64,000 bases of DNA. Source: Trueperaceae bacterium (GTDB lineage Bacteria > Deinococcota > Deinococci > Deinococcales > Trueperaceae). The position numbers and the translations under genes were made by a program. The notes below the pieces were generated by a model. It did not search any database, was not told the DNA's origin, and saw only the letters and a program-made list of their open reading frames with translations. The number at the start of each line of letters is the position of its first letter. The stretch's first letter is position 1. Below are positions 26,091 through 37,865 of the stretch, piece after piece. Location of the stretch: positions 96,001 through 160,000 of the forward strand of contig JAXHNB010000002.1 of the NCBI GenBank assembly GCA_034520945.1. Reading direction: 5' to 3'.

Positions 26091-27653
26091 ATGGGGACGC
26101 CGCCGACGCAGCCGCAGGCCGATGCCGCTGCCGCGCGCGCACGACGCTGGGTGCTCGTCGCTGCGGTGCTGGGGTCCAGCATGGTGTTCCTCGACGGCTC
26201 CACCGTCAACGTGGCCCTGCCGGCGCTCCAAGCGTCGCTGGGAGCCACCGTCGTCGACGTCCAGTGGGTGGTCAACGCCTACACGCTGTTCCTGGCGTCG
26301 CTCCTGCTTCTGGGCGGCTCGCTGGGCGACCGGCTCGGCCGCCGGCGTGTGTTCATGGCCGGCGTGGCGCTGTTCACCGCCGCATCGATCGCATGCGGCG
26401 TGGCGCCCTCCACCGGATGGCTCATCGCGGGGCGCGCCCTGCAGGGCGTCGGCGGCGCATTGCTGACCCCTGGAAGCCTGGCGCTCATCAACGCCGCCTA
26501 TCCCGTGGACGCCCGGGGGCGCGCCATCGGCCTGTGGTCGGGGTTCTCGGCCATCACGGCCGCGGCGGGACCGGTGCTGGGCGGGTGGTTGATCGACACT
26601 CTGTCGTGGCGCTGGATCTTCTTCGTGAACGTGCCGCTGGCGATCGGCGTCCTGGCGATCGGCGCCCTGCGGGTTCCGGAGAGCCTGGGCGAGGGCCGCC
26701 GTGGGCGGCTGGACCCTGCGGGCGCCCTGCTGGCCACCCTGGGTCTGGGCGGCGTGGTGTTCGCGCTGTTGGAGTCGTCGTCCCGCGGTTTGGGCGACCT
26801 CGGGGTGTGGGCGGCCGGCGCCGGCGGCGCGGCCTGCCTGGCGGGGTTCGTGCTGGTCGAACGGCGCGTGGCCACCCCGATGCTGCCGCCGTCGCTGTTT
26901 CGCTCGCGGACGTTCGCGGGCGTGAACGTGCTCACCCTGTTGATCTACGCGACGCTCTCCGGCCTGCTGTTCTTCCTGCCGATGTCGTTGATCCAGGTGC
27001 ACGGCTACAGCGCCACGCAGGCCGGCGCCGCGACGTTGCCGTTCGTGCTGCTGTTGTTCGGCCTGTCGCGGTGGTCGGGCGGGCTGCGGGACCGCGTGGG
27101 CGCGCGCCTCCCGCTGGTGGCCGGCGCGCTGCTGGTCGCGGCGGCGTTCGCGCTGTTCGCGCTGCTCGGCGTGACGGGCCGGTACTGGACCGGCGTGTTC
27201 CCGGCCGTGATGGTGCTGGGGATGGGGATGGCGCTGGTGGTGGCGCCGCTGACCACCACCGTGATGGCCGCGGCGCCGGACGCGCTCGCGGGCACGGCCT
27301 CGGGCGTGAACAACGCCGTGTCGCGGGTGGCGGGGTTGCTGGCGATCGGCGTGTTCGGCGTGGTGATGGTGGCGGTGTTCTCGGCACGCTTGGAGACCGG
27401 CCTCGGCGCCCTTCCCCTGAGCGAAGTGCAGCGCGCGCAGGTGTGGGCGGACCGGACCGACCTGGGCGCGTTGGCGCCGCCGGAGAGCCTGTCCGAGGAG
27501 GCGCGTCGGCAGCTGGTAGCGCTGGTGGACGAGGCGTTCCTGGCAGGGTTCCGGGTGGTGATGTGGGCAATGGCGGGGCTGGGCGTCGCGGGGGCGTGGG
27601 TGGCGTGGGCGACCGTGCCGCAGAGGGCGGTGCCCGACGAGGACGAGGGGTAG
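26091..27653 (+). CDS. DHA2-family MFS efflux transporter
   Basis: FLDGSTVNVALP, QWVVNAY, GSLGDRLGRRR, WRWIFFVNVP; about 14 TM segments. Confidence 0.93.
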   Translation: MGTPPTQPQADAAAARARRWVLVAAVLGSSMVFLDGSTVNVALPALQASLGATVVDVQWVVNAYTLFLASLLLLGGSLGDRLGRRRVFMAGVALFTAASIACGVAPSTGWLIAGRALQGVGGALLTPGSLALINAAYPVDARGRAIGLWSGFSAITAAAGPVLGGWLIDTLSWRWIFFVNVPLAIGVLAIGALRVPESLGEGRRGRLDPAGALLATLGLGGVVFALLESSSRGLGDLGVWAAGAGGAACLAGFVLVERRVATPMLPPSLFRSRTFAGVNVLTLLIYATLSGLLFFLPMSLIQVHGYSATQAGAATLPFVLLLFGLSRWSGGLRDRVGARLPLVAGALLVAAAFALFALLGVTGRYWTGVFPAVMVLGMGMALVVAPLTTTVMAAAPDALAGTASGVNNAVSRVAGLLAIGVFGVVMVAVFSARLETGLGALPLSEVQRAQVWADRTDLGALAPPESLSEEARRQLVALVDEAFLAGFRVVMWAMAGLGVAGAWVAWATVPQRAVPDEDEG

Positions 27654-27673
27654 GGGGGTGGAAACGACGAGGG

Positions 27674-28267
27674 TCACGGCAGCGTCCGGGCCATGATCCG
27701 CGCGTCGGCCTCTTCCGCGACCGGCAGGAAGCCCAGGTGGCGATAGAAGCCGATCGCGCGCTCGTTCTTGGGCGCCACGCCCAGGTGAACGCCGGTGCTG
27801 CCCGACGCCGACAGGGCGTGCAGGAGCGCCTCGATCATGGCGCGGCCGTGACCGTGCCCTTGGGCGTGCGGCAACAGGTCGACGTGCAGGTGTGACGGCC
27901 AGGAGACCAAGCGTGGTGGGGGCGTGCGGGCGGGGTCGTGCAGGGCGTCGACCAGCGCGGCGTCCACTTTGGGGCGCGCAACGTCGCGGGAATACATGGC
28001 GCGCAGCGGCGGCCACCAGCGTGCCTCGCAGCGCGCCTCGAACGCGGCGGTGTCCAGCGCGCCCAGCGCGTAGCCCGCCACCTCGTCCCCGTCGCGCAGC
28101 ACGAAGGCATGCCCCGGTTCCAAGGCGAGGTACGGCCCGACGTAGAGGTGCCCCAGCAGGTTCGGGTCGGCATGCAGGTGGGTGGCGTCGCGTCCGGCGT
28201 CGCCGGTGGCGAGGCACACGCGGTAGGCCCCGGCCAGGTCGCCCGGTCGGCAGCGGTCCACCTGCAT
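27674..28267 (-). CDS. GNAT family N-acetyltransferase
   Basis: HLHVDLLPHAQGHGHG acetyl-CoA motif A; HLGV...NERAIGFYRHLGF. Confidence 0.9.
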   Translation of the reverse strand: MQVDRCRPGDLAGAYRVCLATGDAGRDATHLHADPNLLGHLYVGPYLALEPGHAFVLRDGDEVAGYALGALDTAAFEARCEARWWPPLRAMYSRDVARPKVDAALVDALHDPARTPPPRLVSWPSHLHVDLLPHAQGHGHGRAMIEALLHALSASGSTGVHLGVAPKNERAIGFYRHLGFLPVAEEADARIMARTLP

Positions 28268-28357
28268 GCCCCCACGCCTCCGTCCTTGCCCGGGAGGGTT
28301 TGCGGCGACCTTGCTGCGATGGCCCCACCCCCCGGACGCGCTTGGCCGCCCAGCGTA

Positions 28358-28789
28358 CTACGGCCGGACGGGCTCGGCGTTCAGCACGCGCGCGGCGGCG
28401 TCGAAGTCCTGCTCGCGGACGTACACGATGTAGCCGAAGCGGCCCATCCCGTCCGTGACGCCGGTCGAGGCGTACACGCCGACGCCGCTCTCGCGCAACT
28501 CTTCGTGGACCTCCTTGAGCGCGCCCAGCCGGTCGTCCCCCTGGATCAACAGGGCGTAGAACGGGCCGGCGAGGTTCAGGCCGTGCGTGGCGCTGGAGCG
28601 TTCCAGGGCCCGCCGGTCGACCGGGAACAGCGTGAGCTCCACGTGATCGGGCCCGTACGGCACGGCGCTGAACGCCAACAGGTCCACCTCGGCCGAGGCC
28701 AGCTCGGCCAGCCAGTCGTAGGCGCTGTCCGGATCGCCCTCCACGCGGGCGTAGTAGTACGGTGCGGAGCGAACTCGTGTGTCCTTCAT
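28358..28789 (-). CDS. Tandem ACT-like domain protein
   Basis: Two repeats of a beta-alpha-beta pattern (VEGDPDSAYDWLAELASAEVDL / IQGDDRLGALKEVHEELRESGVGV), ending DAAARVL. Confidence 0.7.
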   Translation of the reverse strand: MKDTRVRSAPYYYARVEGDPDSAYDWLAELASAEVDLLAFSAVPYGPDHVELTLFPVDRRALERSSATHGLNLAGPFYALLIQGDDRLGALKEVHEELRESGVGVYASTGVTDGMGRFGYIVYVREQDFDAAARVLNAEPVRP

Positions 28790-29039
28790 TCGGATCGGCC
28801 TCCGATCTGGCGTCGTGCGGACGGCGCGGCATGGGTCGTACCGTGTGGGCCGGCGCACGGGCCGGTCCGCCGCCGTGGGTCATCACGTCCACTACAGCAC
28901 GCCGGCGGGTGCGTTCGGGTCCGTCGAATTCCTACCCCGGTTCACGCCTCCAGCGGGGCGTTGCTAGAGTGAACGGCCGGTGCGCGCGTTCCGGCGTGCG
29001 ACGGGACGCCGAGCGGGGCGCGCGCCGGAGGGTTCGACC

Positions 29040-30830
29040 ATGACGAAGCATCTCGCCGACCTGGCGCACGAACTGCGACGCATCGACGGCAAGGGCTACA
29101 AGGCCTACAAGGACGTGCGGGGCGGTTGGCGCTTCCAGGGGGGCACCCTGTTCGTCGATCACGTGCAGGCCGATCCCTTCGCCGCGCCGTCCAAGCTGCG
29201 GGTCCGGTGCGACCGGGCGGCGCTGCGGATCCCGAACGACCTGGACGAGAACGCCACCCAGCGGACGGCCCTCGAGGACTTCCTGGCGCGGCGGGTGCAC
29301 GCCGCCATCGGCGAGGTGCGCGCCCGCGCCAAGCGCGAGCCGACGCTCAGCATCGACGCCGGCGGCCAGGCGGTGCTGGAACGCACGGCGATGATCGTGC
29401 GCCCCGACTTCGTCGAGGCGCGTGTCGAGGTCGGCCTGCCCGCGGCGGGGCGCCGTGTGCTCGGTCTGCAGGCCAAGGACCTGCTGTGCGACACCTTGCC
29501 GGAGCTCGTGACCCGCAGCCTGGCGTGGTCGCCGGAGGTGGACGCCGACGGGCGTGCGTTCGTGCAGTGCGTGGAGAACCAGGAGCACGTCCGGGCGCGC
29601 CTGCGGGAGATGGGGCTGGTCGCCTTCGTCGCGGACGGGGCGATCCTGCCGCGTGCCAGTGGCGTCAGCGACGCGCCGCTGCGGTCCCGGGACCGGGTGC
29701 CGTTCGAGAGCCCGGACGCGTTGCGGGTGACGGTGGACCTTCCGCATCCCGCGGACGGGCCCGGCGGCACGGCCACCTCCTTGACCGGAATGGGCGTGCC
29801 CGAGGGCGTGACGCTCGTCGTGGGGGGCGGCTACCACGGGAAGAGCACGCTGCTGCGGGCGTTGGAGGTCGGCGTCTACCCCCACGTGCCGGGCGACGGC
29901 CGCGAGTACGTGATCAGCGACCCCGACGCGGTCAAGATCCGCGCCGAGGATCGACGCCGCATCGAGGGGGTCCGCATCACGCCGTTCATCGCAGACCTGC
30001 CCGACGGGACCGACACGGAGGCCTTCTCGACCGACGAGGCCAGCGGCAGCACCAGTCAGGCCGCTGCGCTCATCGAGGCGGTCGAGGTCGGCGCCCGCGC
30101 GCTGCTGATGGACGAGGACACCTGCGCCACCAACCTGATGGTGCGCGACGCCCGCATGCAGGCGCTGGTCGCCGAGGAGGCCGAGCCGATCACGCCGCTG
30201 GTGGACCGCGTCCAGGAGCTGTACCGCGAACTGGGCGTGTCCAGCGTGCTGGTGATGGGCGGCTCGGGCGACTACCTCGACGAGGCCGACACGGTGATCC
30301 AGATGGAGCACTACCGCCCCTACGAGGTGACCGAGGCCGGCCGGAGGATCGCGCGCGAGATGCCGACGCGGCGCCAGCGGCCCGGGCGCACCGCCGCGCT
30401 GCGGGTGGCCGACCGGGCGCCGCTCGCGAACACGCTCGACCCCTCGCGCGGCAAGAAGGCCGTCAAGATCGACGCGCCCACCCGCGAGCGGCTGCGCTTC
30501 GGCCGCGAAGACGTCGACCTGCGCTGCTTGGACCAACTGGTGGACGTGAGCCAGACGCGCGCGGTCGGGCAGACGATCCGCTTGGCGGCGGGGCGCTGGA
30601 TGGACGGGCGAACGTGGCTGCGGGAGGTCCTGGGCGAGCTCGAGGCGGTACTGGACGGCGAGGGCACCGACGCGTTGAACCCCTTCGGCGGCGACGGTAC
30701 GGAGGAGCACCCGGGCCGTTTCGCCCGGCCGCGCCGGCACGAAGTCGCCGCGGCCTTGAACCGGATCCGGACCTTGGGGGTCCGCCCGGCCGTGGCGCAG
30801 ACCGCGGAAGGCGCGCCCGAGCTCAGCTGA
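29040..30830 (+). CDS. ABC-class ATPase domain protein (PF09818-like, uncharacterised)
   Basis: IDGKGYKAYK, DHVQADPFAAPS, Walker A GGGYHGKST, ASGSTSQAA, LLMDEDTCATN. Confidence 0.88.
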   Translation: MTKHLADLAHELRRIDGKGYKAYKDVRGGWRFQGGTLFVDHVQADPFAAPSKLRVRCDRAALRIPNDLDENATQRTALEDFLARRVHAAIGEVRARAKREPTLSIDAGGQAVLERTAMIVRPDFVEARVEVGLPAAGRRVLGLQAKDLLCDTLPELVTRSLAWSPEVDADGRAFVQCVENQEHVRARLREMGLVAFVADGAILPRASGVSDAPLRSRDRVPFESPDALRVTVDLPHPADGPGGTATSLTGMGVPEGVTLVVGGGYHGKSTLLRALEVGVYPHVPGDGREYVISDPDAVKIRAEDRRRIEGVRITPFIADLPDGTDTEAFSTDEASGSTSQAAALIEAVEVGARALLMDEDTCATNLMVRDARMQALVAEEAEPITPLVDRVQELYRELGVSSVLVMGGSGDYLDEADTVIQMEHYRPYEVTEAGRRIAREMPTRRQRPGRTAALRVADRAPLANTLDPSRGKKAVKIDAPTRERLRFGREDVDLRCLDQLVDVSQTRAVGQTIRLAAGRWMDGRTWLREVLGELEAVLDGEGTDALNPFGGDGTEEHPGRFARPRRHEVAAALNRIRTLGVRPAVAQTAEGAPELS

Positions 30831-31281
30831 GCGCAGCGAGGACGTCGGCCCGAACGCGGGGGATCAGCGTGGCGAGCGCGGCTTCGCCTGTGTCGGATCG
30901 TTCGTCGCCGAGGCCGAACCGCGCCCCCTCCACGGCGTACAGCACCAGCCTGCCGGTGAGGAGCCCTAGCGTCTGGGCCAGCTCGATGGCGACGGCCAGG
31001 TCGAAGGCGTGCGAGGACGGTCCGGAGCGGCGGGTGGGGAGCGGGTCGCGTCCCCGTTCGAAGCGGTGGACCTCGCCCGGCCGTCCGCCGGCGTGGGCGG
31101 CGTCGATCAGCACTACCAGGTCGGCGCCCTCCCACGAAGCGATCAGGTCGACCGGCTCGCCGGGGTGCGCGTGGACCTCCGCGACCCCGTCCAAAGCGGG
31201 CGCCAACCTGCGCGCCGCCTCGAGCCCGAGGCCGTCGTCGCCGCGCTGAATGTTGCCGAGCCCGATCACCACGGCGCGCAC
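30823..31281 (-). CDS. Hydrogenase maturation protease
   Basis: VIGLGN..RGDDGLG, IDAA, SSH motifs; directly after the large subunit. Confidence 0.92.
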   Translation of the reverse strand: MRAVVIGLGNIQRGDDGLGLEAARRLAPALDGVAEVHAHPGEPVDLIASWEGADLVVLIDAAHAGGRPGEVHRFERGRDPLPTRRSGPSSHAFDLAVAIELAQTLGLLTGRLVLYAVEGARFGLGDERSDTGEAALATLIPRVRADVLAALS

Positions 31282-31285
31282 CTTC

Positions 31286-32578
31286 TCACCCCTTCCGGTC
31301 CACGTTCAGGGTCAAAAAGTGGGTGGAACAGGAGATGCAGGGGTCGTAGTTGCGGATCGCCTGCTCGCAGCGCCACTGCAGCTCCTCGTCGCCCAAGTGA
31401 AGGTGGGCCTGCGCGAAGCGGCGCAGGTCGTCCTCGACCGACGCCTGGTTCTGCGAGGTGGGCGGCACGATGGTGCACCCCTCGACCAGGCCGTCCTCGC
31501 TCAGGTCGTAGCGGTGGTACAGCAGGCCGCGCGGCGCTTCGCTCCAGCCGTGACCGCGCGCCCGGCGTGGCTCGGCCTCGAGGTACGGCCGCGTCGGCGG
31601 TTCGTAGCGGTCGATCAGGCGGATCGCTTCCTCGGCGGCGTACACCAGTTCGACGCTGCGAACCACGATGCTTTGGTACGGGTTGCGGCACTCGGGGCCC
31701 AGTCCTGCGGCGGTGGCGGCGTCGCGCGCCAGGTCGGACAGCTGGTCGTAGTTGAGGGTGTAGCGCGCCTGCGGGCCGACCAGGTAGCGCTGTCCGTCCA
31801 TCGCTGCGTGCAGTGCCGTGGAGTGCTCCACCTGGTGCTCTACGAAGTGCGTCTCGTATTCGCGGGCGGGCAGGTCCAGGCCGGTGCTCGACACCAGGCG
31901 GCCGTCCTCGATCGCATAGCGCTCGGGCGTGTGCAGCGCCACGAACGGATGCTCCTGGACCAGCTCCGGCATGTCGAACCCGCCGACCCACCGCACGGTC
32001 TCCAACGCGGCGTCGAGGGCCCGCTGCAGCGGCTCCCGCAGGGCCAGCAGGTCGGCTCTCGAAGGGGCACGGTAGAAGCCGCCCACCCGCACGTTGATCG
32101 GGTGCACGGCGCGGCCGCCGACCGCCTCCATCAGTTGGTTGCCGACCTTCTTCAGGTGCAGGCCACGCTTCACCGCGTCCGGGTGGTCGCGCGCCATCTC
32201 GACCGCGCCCTGGTAGCCCAGGAAGTCGGGCGCATGCAGCAGGTAGACGTGCAGGGCGTGGCTCTGGATCCACTCGCCGCAGTACAGCAGGCGCCGCAGC
32301 TCGCGGACGGACGTGTCGACCTCCAGGCCTAGCGCGTCCTCGAGGGCGTTGCAGGCGCTGACCTGGTACGCGACGGGACAGATGCCGCAGATGCGGGCGG
32401 TGATGTCGGGCGGCTCCAGGTACGACCGGCCGCGCAGGAACGCTTCGAAGAAGCGCGGTGGTTCGTAGATGTCCAGCCGCACCGTATCGACCCGCTCATC
32501 GCGAACTTCGATCGTCATGGCGCCCTCGCCCTCGACCCGCGCCAGGGCGTCCACCTTCAGGGTTCTCGTGTCAAGCAT
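31286..32578 (-). CDS. hyhL: Group 3b [NiFe]-hydrogenase large subunit
   Basis: ARVEGEG, EPPRFFE, L1 RICGICP, EAPRG, L2 DPCISCSTH plus cleavable tail. Confidence 0.95.
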   Translation of the reverse strand: MLDTRTLKVDALARVEGEGAMTIEVRDERVDTVRLDIYEPPRFFEAFLRGRSYLEPPDITARICGICPVAYQVSACNALEDALGLEVDTSVRELRRLLYCGEWIQSHALHVYLLHAPDFLGYQGAVEMARDHPDAVKRGLHLKKVGNQLMEAVGGRAVHPINVRVGGFYRAPSRADLLALREPLQRALDAALETVRWVGGFDMPELVQEHPFVALHTPERYAIEDGRLVSSTGLDLPAREYETHFVEHQVEHSTALHAAMDGQRYLVGPQARYTLNYDQLSDLARDAATAAGLGPECRNPYQSIVVRSVELVYAAEEAIRLIDRYEPPTRPYLEAEPRRARGHGWSEAPRGLLYHRYDLSEDGLVEGCTIVPPTSQNQASVEDDLRRFAQAHLHLGDEELQWRCEQAIRNYDPCISCSTHFLTLNVDRKG

Positions 32579-33353
32579 GGCGGTCCCCCTCGGTGCGGAA
32601 CGCCGTCGCGCCGGCGTTGAAGGTGCGCAGCGCCCGCTGAATCTCCTGGGGCGAGACGCCGAGCGCCTCGCCGAATCGGCGCGTCAGGGGCGCCGGGTGG
32701 GCCGACTCCATCGGGCCGAAGCAGCCGTAGCAGCCGCGCTGCCAGGCCGGACAGATCGCACCGCAGCCGGCCTGCGTGATCGGTCCCAGGCAGGGCGTCC
32801 CGGACGCCACCATCACGCACGGCGTGCCGCGGGCCTTGCACTCCACGCAGACGGCGTGCCGGGGCAGGACCGGCGCGCGGCCGTTCAGCACGGCCGTGAC
32901 GAACTCCACCAGTTGCGCCTTCGAGATGGGGCAGCCACGAAGCTCGTGGTCGACGAACACGTGCTTGCCGATCGGGTCGGAGGTCGCTAGCGTCGACAAC
33001 CACGCCGGGTTCGGGTAGACGGCCTCCGCGAAGGCCCCTACGTCCGCGAAGTCGCGCAGCGCCTGAATCCCGCCGGCGGTGGCGCAGGCGCCGATCACCA
33101 CCAGCGTGGTCGAGGCGGCGCGGATCTGCTGGATCCGTTCGGCGTCCTCCGGCGTGGTGATCGACCCCTCGACCAGCGACAGGTCGTACGGTCCGGCGAC
33201 GGTGGCGCGGGTGGCCTCCAGGAAGTAGGCGATCTCGATCTGCTCGGCGATCGCCAGCAGCTCGTCCTCGCAGTCCAGCAGGGTCAGTTGGCAGCCGTCG
33301 CAGGAGGCGAACTTCCAGACGGCCAGTTTCGGCTTTGGACGGGTCGCGCCCAT
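32571..33353 (-). CDS. hyhS: Group 3b [NiFe]-hydrogenase small (delta) subunit
   Basis: [31 protein letters not shown]...GCGAICP...GCYGCFG. Alternative GTG at 33359. Confidence 0.93.
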   Translation of the reverse strand: MGATRPKPKLAVWKFASCDGCQLTLLDCEDELLAIAEQIEIAYFLEATRATVAGPYDLSLVEGSITTPEDAERIQQIRAASTTLVVIGACATAGGIQALRDFADVGAFAEAVYPNPAWLSTLATSDPIGKHVFVDHELRGCPISKAQLVEFVTAVLNGRAPVLPRHAVCVECKARGTPCVMVASGTPCLGPITQAGCGAICPAWQRGCYGCFGPMESAHPAPLTRRFGEALGVSPQEIQRALRTFNAGATAFRTEGDRHA

Positions 33354-33355
33354 GC

Positions 33356-34225
33356 TCACACCTCCGGCACGCCGAAGATCGACGCGATCTCGGGATAGGG
33401 GTAGACCGGACCGTCCTTGCAGACGAAGCTCGGTCCGTATTGGCAATGCCCGCACAGGCCGACGGCGCACTTCATGTTCCGCTCCATGGAGACGAACACG
33501 TCGTCGCCGGCGACGCCGCGCTTCGCCAGCTCCTGGGTCGTGAAGCGCATCATGATCTCCGGGCCGCAGGTCAGCGACACGGTATTGCGCGGGTCGAACG
33601 GCGCGCGCGGGATCAGCTTCGTCACGACGCCGACGTTGCCGCGCCAGTCGCCCGTGGCGCGGTCGACCGTGACGTGGACCTCCAGGTCGAAGCGGGCGCG
33701 CCAGGCCTCCAGCTCCTCCCAGTACAGGATGTCCTCGGGCGTGCGGGCGCCGTAGAGCAGCACGATCTTGCCGAAGCGGTCGCGGGCACCCAGCATCGCG
33801 TACAGCGCGGGGCGCAAGGGGGCCAGCCCGATGCCGCCGGTGACGATGACGACGTCCTTGCCCTCGGCCGCGCTGAGGGGCCAGCCGTGGCCGAACGGGC
33901 CACGGACTCCGATGGTGTCGCCCGGCCGGAGGTTGCTCATCGCCCGCGTCACCGTGCCGACGACGCGCGTGGTGTGCAGCAGACGCGAGGTGTCGGCGGG
34001 ATCGCTGCTGATGGAGATGGGGATCTCGCCCACCCCGAACACGTAGAGCATGTTGAACTGGCCCGGCTCGAACGACAGCACCGAGCCCGTGGGCGCGTGG
34101 AGATCGAGCGTGAAGGTGTCGTGGTTGTCCTGATGGAAGGCATCGACCGTATAGAGCGTCGGCATCATCGGGTCGACCCTGGCGGGGGCTTGCCCGGGCA
34201 TCGGAGTGGCGCCTGAATCAGCCAC
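33356..34225 (-). CDS. hyhG: Group 3b hydrogenase gamma subunit (FAD/NAD(P)-binding, 2Fe-2S)
   Basis: [56 protein letters not shown]. Confidence 0.93.
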   Translation of the reverse strand: MADSGATPMPGQAPARVDPMMPTLYTVDAFHQDNHDTFTLDLHAPTGSVLSFEPGQFNMLYVFGVGEIPISISSDPADTSRLLHTTRVVGTVTRAMSNLRPGDTIGVRGPFGHGWPLSAAEGKDVVIVTGGIGLAPLRPALYAMLGARDRFGKIVLLYGARTPEDILYWEELEAWRARFDLEVHVTVDRATGDWRGNVGVVTKLIPRAPFDPRNTVSLTCGPEIMMRFTTQELAKRGVAGDDVFVSMERNMKCAVGLCGHCQYGPSFVCKDGPVYPYPEIASIFGVPEV

Positions 34226-34715
34226 GATGCCCCTCGCCCTCCGCGCGGGTCGGCGCATCTCCGTACAGGTCGAGGAGTTGCAGCCGCGTCGCCTGGAGCC
34301 GCTCGCCGATGATGTGGGCGAAGCGCTGAAGTAGCTCGTAGCCGAGCCTCGGGTCCTCATCGCACTTGCGGCGCAGGCAGACGCCGTCCATGGCCACCGC
34401 GCGCGTCGGCGTCAGCACCCGCGCGTCGAAGCGTTTGGTGTGCGGTGGCACCAGCCACGACCATCCCAGGATGTCGCCCCCGTGAAGCGTCTGGATGGCG
34501 AGCGGGCCCTGCGGGGCGCGAATCTCCAGGCGCACGTCGCCGTCGCGGAGGAGATGGAAGTGGGTCGCCTCGTCGCCCTCCCTGAAGATGAACGCGCCGG
34601 GCTCGAAGACGACGTTCTGTCCGCAGCCTGCGATCAGGTCGATATCGGCGTCCGGCAACGCACCGAAGAACGGGTGCTCGGCGATCAGATCTCGGATCGT
34701 CTTCTCCGTCGTCAT
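34218..34715 (-). CDS. Stand-alone cyclic-nucleotide-binding (Crp N-terminal) domain protein
   Basis: HPFF..L, F..G..IFREGD.A..F.L...G.V; C-helix [14 protein letters not shown]; no HTH domain. Confidence 0.9.
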   Translation of the reverse strand: MTTEKTIRDLIAEHPFFGALPDADIDLIAGCGQNVVFEPGAFIFREGDEATHFHLLRDGDVRLEIRAPQGPLAIQTLHGGDILGWSWLVPPHTKRFDARVLTPTRAVAMDGVCLRRKCDEDPRLGYELLQRFAHIIGERLQATRLQLLDLYGDAPTRAEGEGHRG

Positions 34716-34716
34716 G

Positions 34717-35865
<1,149 letters not shown>

Positions 35866-36040
35866 GGTGGCGCCTCCTTCGCGCTTCGTATCCAAAGCCT
35901 ATGCAGACGAGACGCGCGGCGGGGAGGGGCGTTTCCGACCTCGGGCGTACGGGAAACTCCTACCCTCTCCGGCGGGCCGCCGCACCGGATCCGACAGACG
36001 AATGCCCCTCCACGTTGCCCCTTTGGAGGCGTAGCTTGGC

Positions 36041-36310
36041 GTGAAAGGAGCGTCCCATGTCCGGAGGCGCCTCGTGGGATGGGAGGATGCCGTGTGCGCG
36101 TTGTTGATCACGCTCGGTAGCGCCATGTTGCTGGTCGGAATCGTGCTGATCATCAGGTTCTTCGTGGGGCGGGGACCGAACCTACCGGACGAGGCAGGAA
36201 CGGGCCGGACCGAATCCATGATCTTCGGGGCCCTGCTGGTCGCATTGGGGCCGCTGCTGCTGTTCCTGGGGCTGACCGAGGCGGTGTGCCGGGCGTTCGG
36301 GCTCGGCTGA
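36041..36310 (+). CDS. Small two-TM hypothetical membrane protein
   Basis: Two clear hydrophobic helices; start uncertain. Confidence 0.55.
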   Translation: MKGASHVRRRLVGWEDAVCALLITLGSAMLLVGIVLIIRFFVGRGPNLPDEAGTGRTESMIFGALLVALGPLLLFLGLTEAVCRAFGLG

Positions 36311-36532
36311 ACGGTCGAGGTTCCGTGGCGTCGCGTTCTCCTGGGTGGGACGCCTCTGGCAGCGGGACTGTGACGGCGAGGAGCGTGACGGTGGCTGACG
36401 CACCGCCTGCTGCGACGGACGGGCCTCGCCATGCGGAGAACCACGCGGGCCCGCGATCCTTGTCACCATGGCGGTGACCGGCCTGGCGCCGACGTCGCCA
36501 GGCACGCGCAGTACCACGAAGGAGGGATTCCC

Positions 36533-37009
36533 ATGGCGTTCGCGCTCTCCGACATGCACGTCGCCAGTACGGCCTTCGCGCCGCACGGCAAGATCCCCGC
36601 CCGGCACAGCGGCGAGGGGGAGGACCTCTCCCCGCCGCTGTCGTGGAGCGGCGCACCCGAGGGCACGCGCTCGTTCGCGGTGATCTGCCACGACCCCGAC
36701 GCGCCCCTGGTGAAATCCGGAACGTACGGATTCGTGCACTGGGTGCTGTACGGCCTTCCCGCCAGCACCACGGCGCTGGAGGAGGGCACCACGCAGGGCG
36801 TGAACGGCAGCACCGACTTCGGCCGTTCCGGCTACGGCGGCCCCAAGCCGCCGCAGGGGCACGGCACGCACCACTACTTCTTCTGGGTGCTGGCCCTGGA
36901 CGCGGAGCTGGACCTGCCGCCCGACCTGGACCTTCCCTCGTTCCTGGAGAAGGTGGAACCGCACCTGCTGGGCATGAACCGGCTGGTGGGCACCTACCGG
37001 ATCGATTGA
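36533..37009 (+). CDS. YbhB/YbcL family PEBP (Raf kinase inhibitor-like) protein
   Basis: SPPLSW, DPDAP, FVHWV, GYGGPKPP.GHG.HHYFF. RBS GGAGG. Confidence 0.93.
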   Translation: MAFALSDMHVASTAFAPHGKIPARHSGEGEDLSPPLSWSGAPEGTRSFAVICHDPDAPLVKSGTYGFVHWVLYGLPASTTALEEGTTQGVNGSTDFGRSGYGGPKPPQGHGTHHYFFWVLALDAELDLPPDLDLPSFLEKVEPHLLGMNRLVGTYRID

Positions 37010-37041
37010 CGCAGCTCCGGCCGACCCCGTCGTAACCGATC

Positions 37042-37068
37042 GCACCCCCGGCGAACTCGCGGGGGTGC
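37042..37068 (+). terminator. Hairpin downstream of the PEBP gene
   Basis: GCACCCCC...GGGGGTGC stem, no U-tract. Confidence 0.4.
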
Positions 37069-37207
37069 ACGCGTGCGGCGCCACCGATCGTCCACCTTTC
37101 GGCGGAGGCCCGGATGGCGCCGTCCGCCTACCATGGGCCGATGGGCGCGACGCTCGGACGTGTTCCCCAGCAGCCGCACCCTGCACGAATCCGAAAGGTG
37201 GCCCGAG

Positions 37208-37570
37208 ATGTCCCACGACGCGACGCACGACGATCACACCCAGGCCGACGCGACCGGCGGCGCCGAGCAAAGCGCGACCGGCCCACGCACCTTCACCGAA
37301 GAGTTCCGCGTCACCGGCGACGCGCTGCTCAGCAAGGTCAAGGCCTTGGTGCGCGAAGGCAACATCCGGCGCATCATCCTCAAGAACGACGAGGGCCGCA
37401 CCCTGGTCGAGATCCCGCTGACCCTCGGCGTGATCGGCACGGCGCTGCTGCCGGTGTGGGCCGCCATCGGCGCCATCGCGGCGTTGGTCGCCAACCTCAC
37501 CCTGACCGTGGTGCGGGTGGAGGACACCGCCACGCCGGAGGAGGAGCCGCCGGCGGAAACGGCGGCGTAA
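37208..37570 (+). CDS. DUF4342 domain protein
   Basis: EEFRVTGDALLSKVKALVREGNIRRIILK...TLVEIPLT.G...PVWAAIGAIAAL. Confidence 0.88.
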   Translation: MSHDATHDDHTQADATGGAEQSATGPRTFTEEFRVTGDALLSKVKALVREGNIRRIILKNDEGRTLVEIPLTLGVIGTALLPVWAAIGAIAALVANLTLTVVRVEDTATPEEEPPAETAA

Positions 37571-37865
37571 CACCGCGCCAGGCAGGCGAGCGGCCGAATG
37601 CGCCGTGACGCCGACCCTGGAACAAGGACACTCGTCTCTGGCCCGCCCCGCCCCGGGGTGGTGTGCTTTCCCCTGAGGGACACGTCCCTCCTCGAAGCGC
37701 CGAGCCTGCCTGCACCCGTGAGGAGCGGGCGTATCCCGACCACGGCTCCGTCCGTGGATGGGAGGTGATGCCGCGACGTCTGGACCCATCGTGGCCCGGC
37801 GTGGCGCTGCACGGCACGGCCTGCAGCGACGCCGGTCGAACCCCTAGGCGACGAGGAGGAGCGAC

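Noticed and set aside
24299..28892. Very long alternative-frame ORFs (24299-27895 +, 25374-28892 -; similarly 37497-40244 -, 45632-48817 +)
   Set aside because: Arg/Gly/Pro-rich shadow frames of real genes in stop-poor high-GC DNA, with no family motifs.
31286..32578. Possible selenocysteine hydrogenase
   Set aside because: L2 is DPCISC with Cys codons and there is no in-frame TGA.
36332..36447. Nested stems in the gap before the PEBP gene (GGCGAGG/CCTCGCC, CGGTG/CACCG, TTCTCC/GGAGAA) suggesting a riboswitch
   Set aside because: Short GC stems are expected by chance here, and I could not match the conserved core of any known riboswitch. An Rfam/Infernal scan would settle it.
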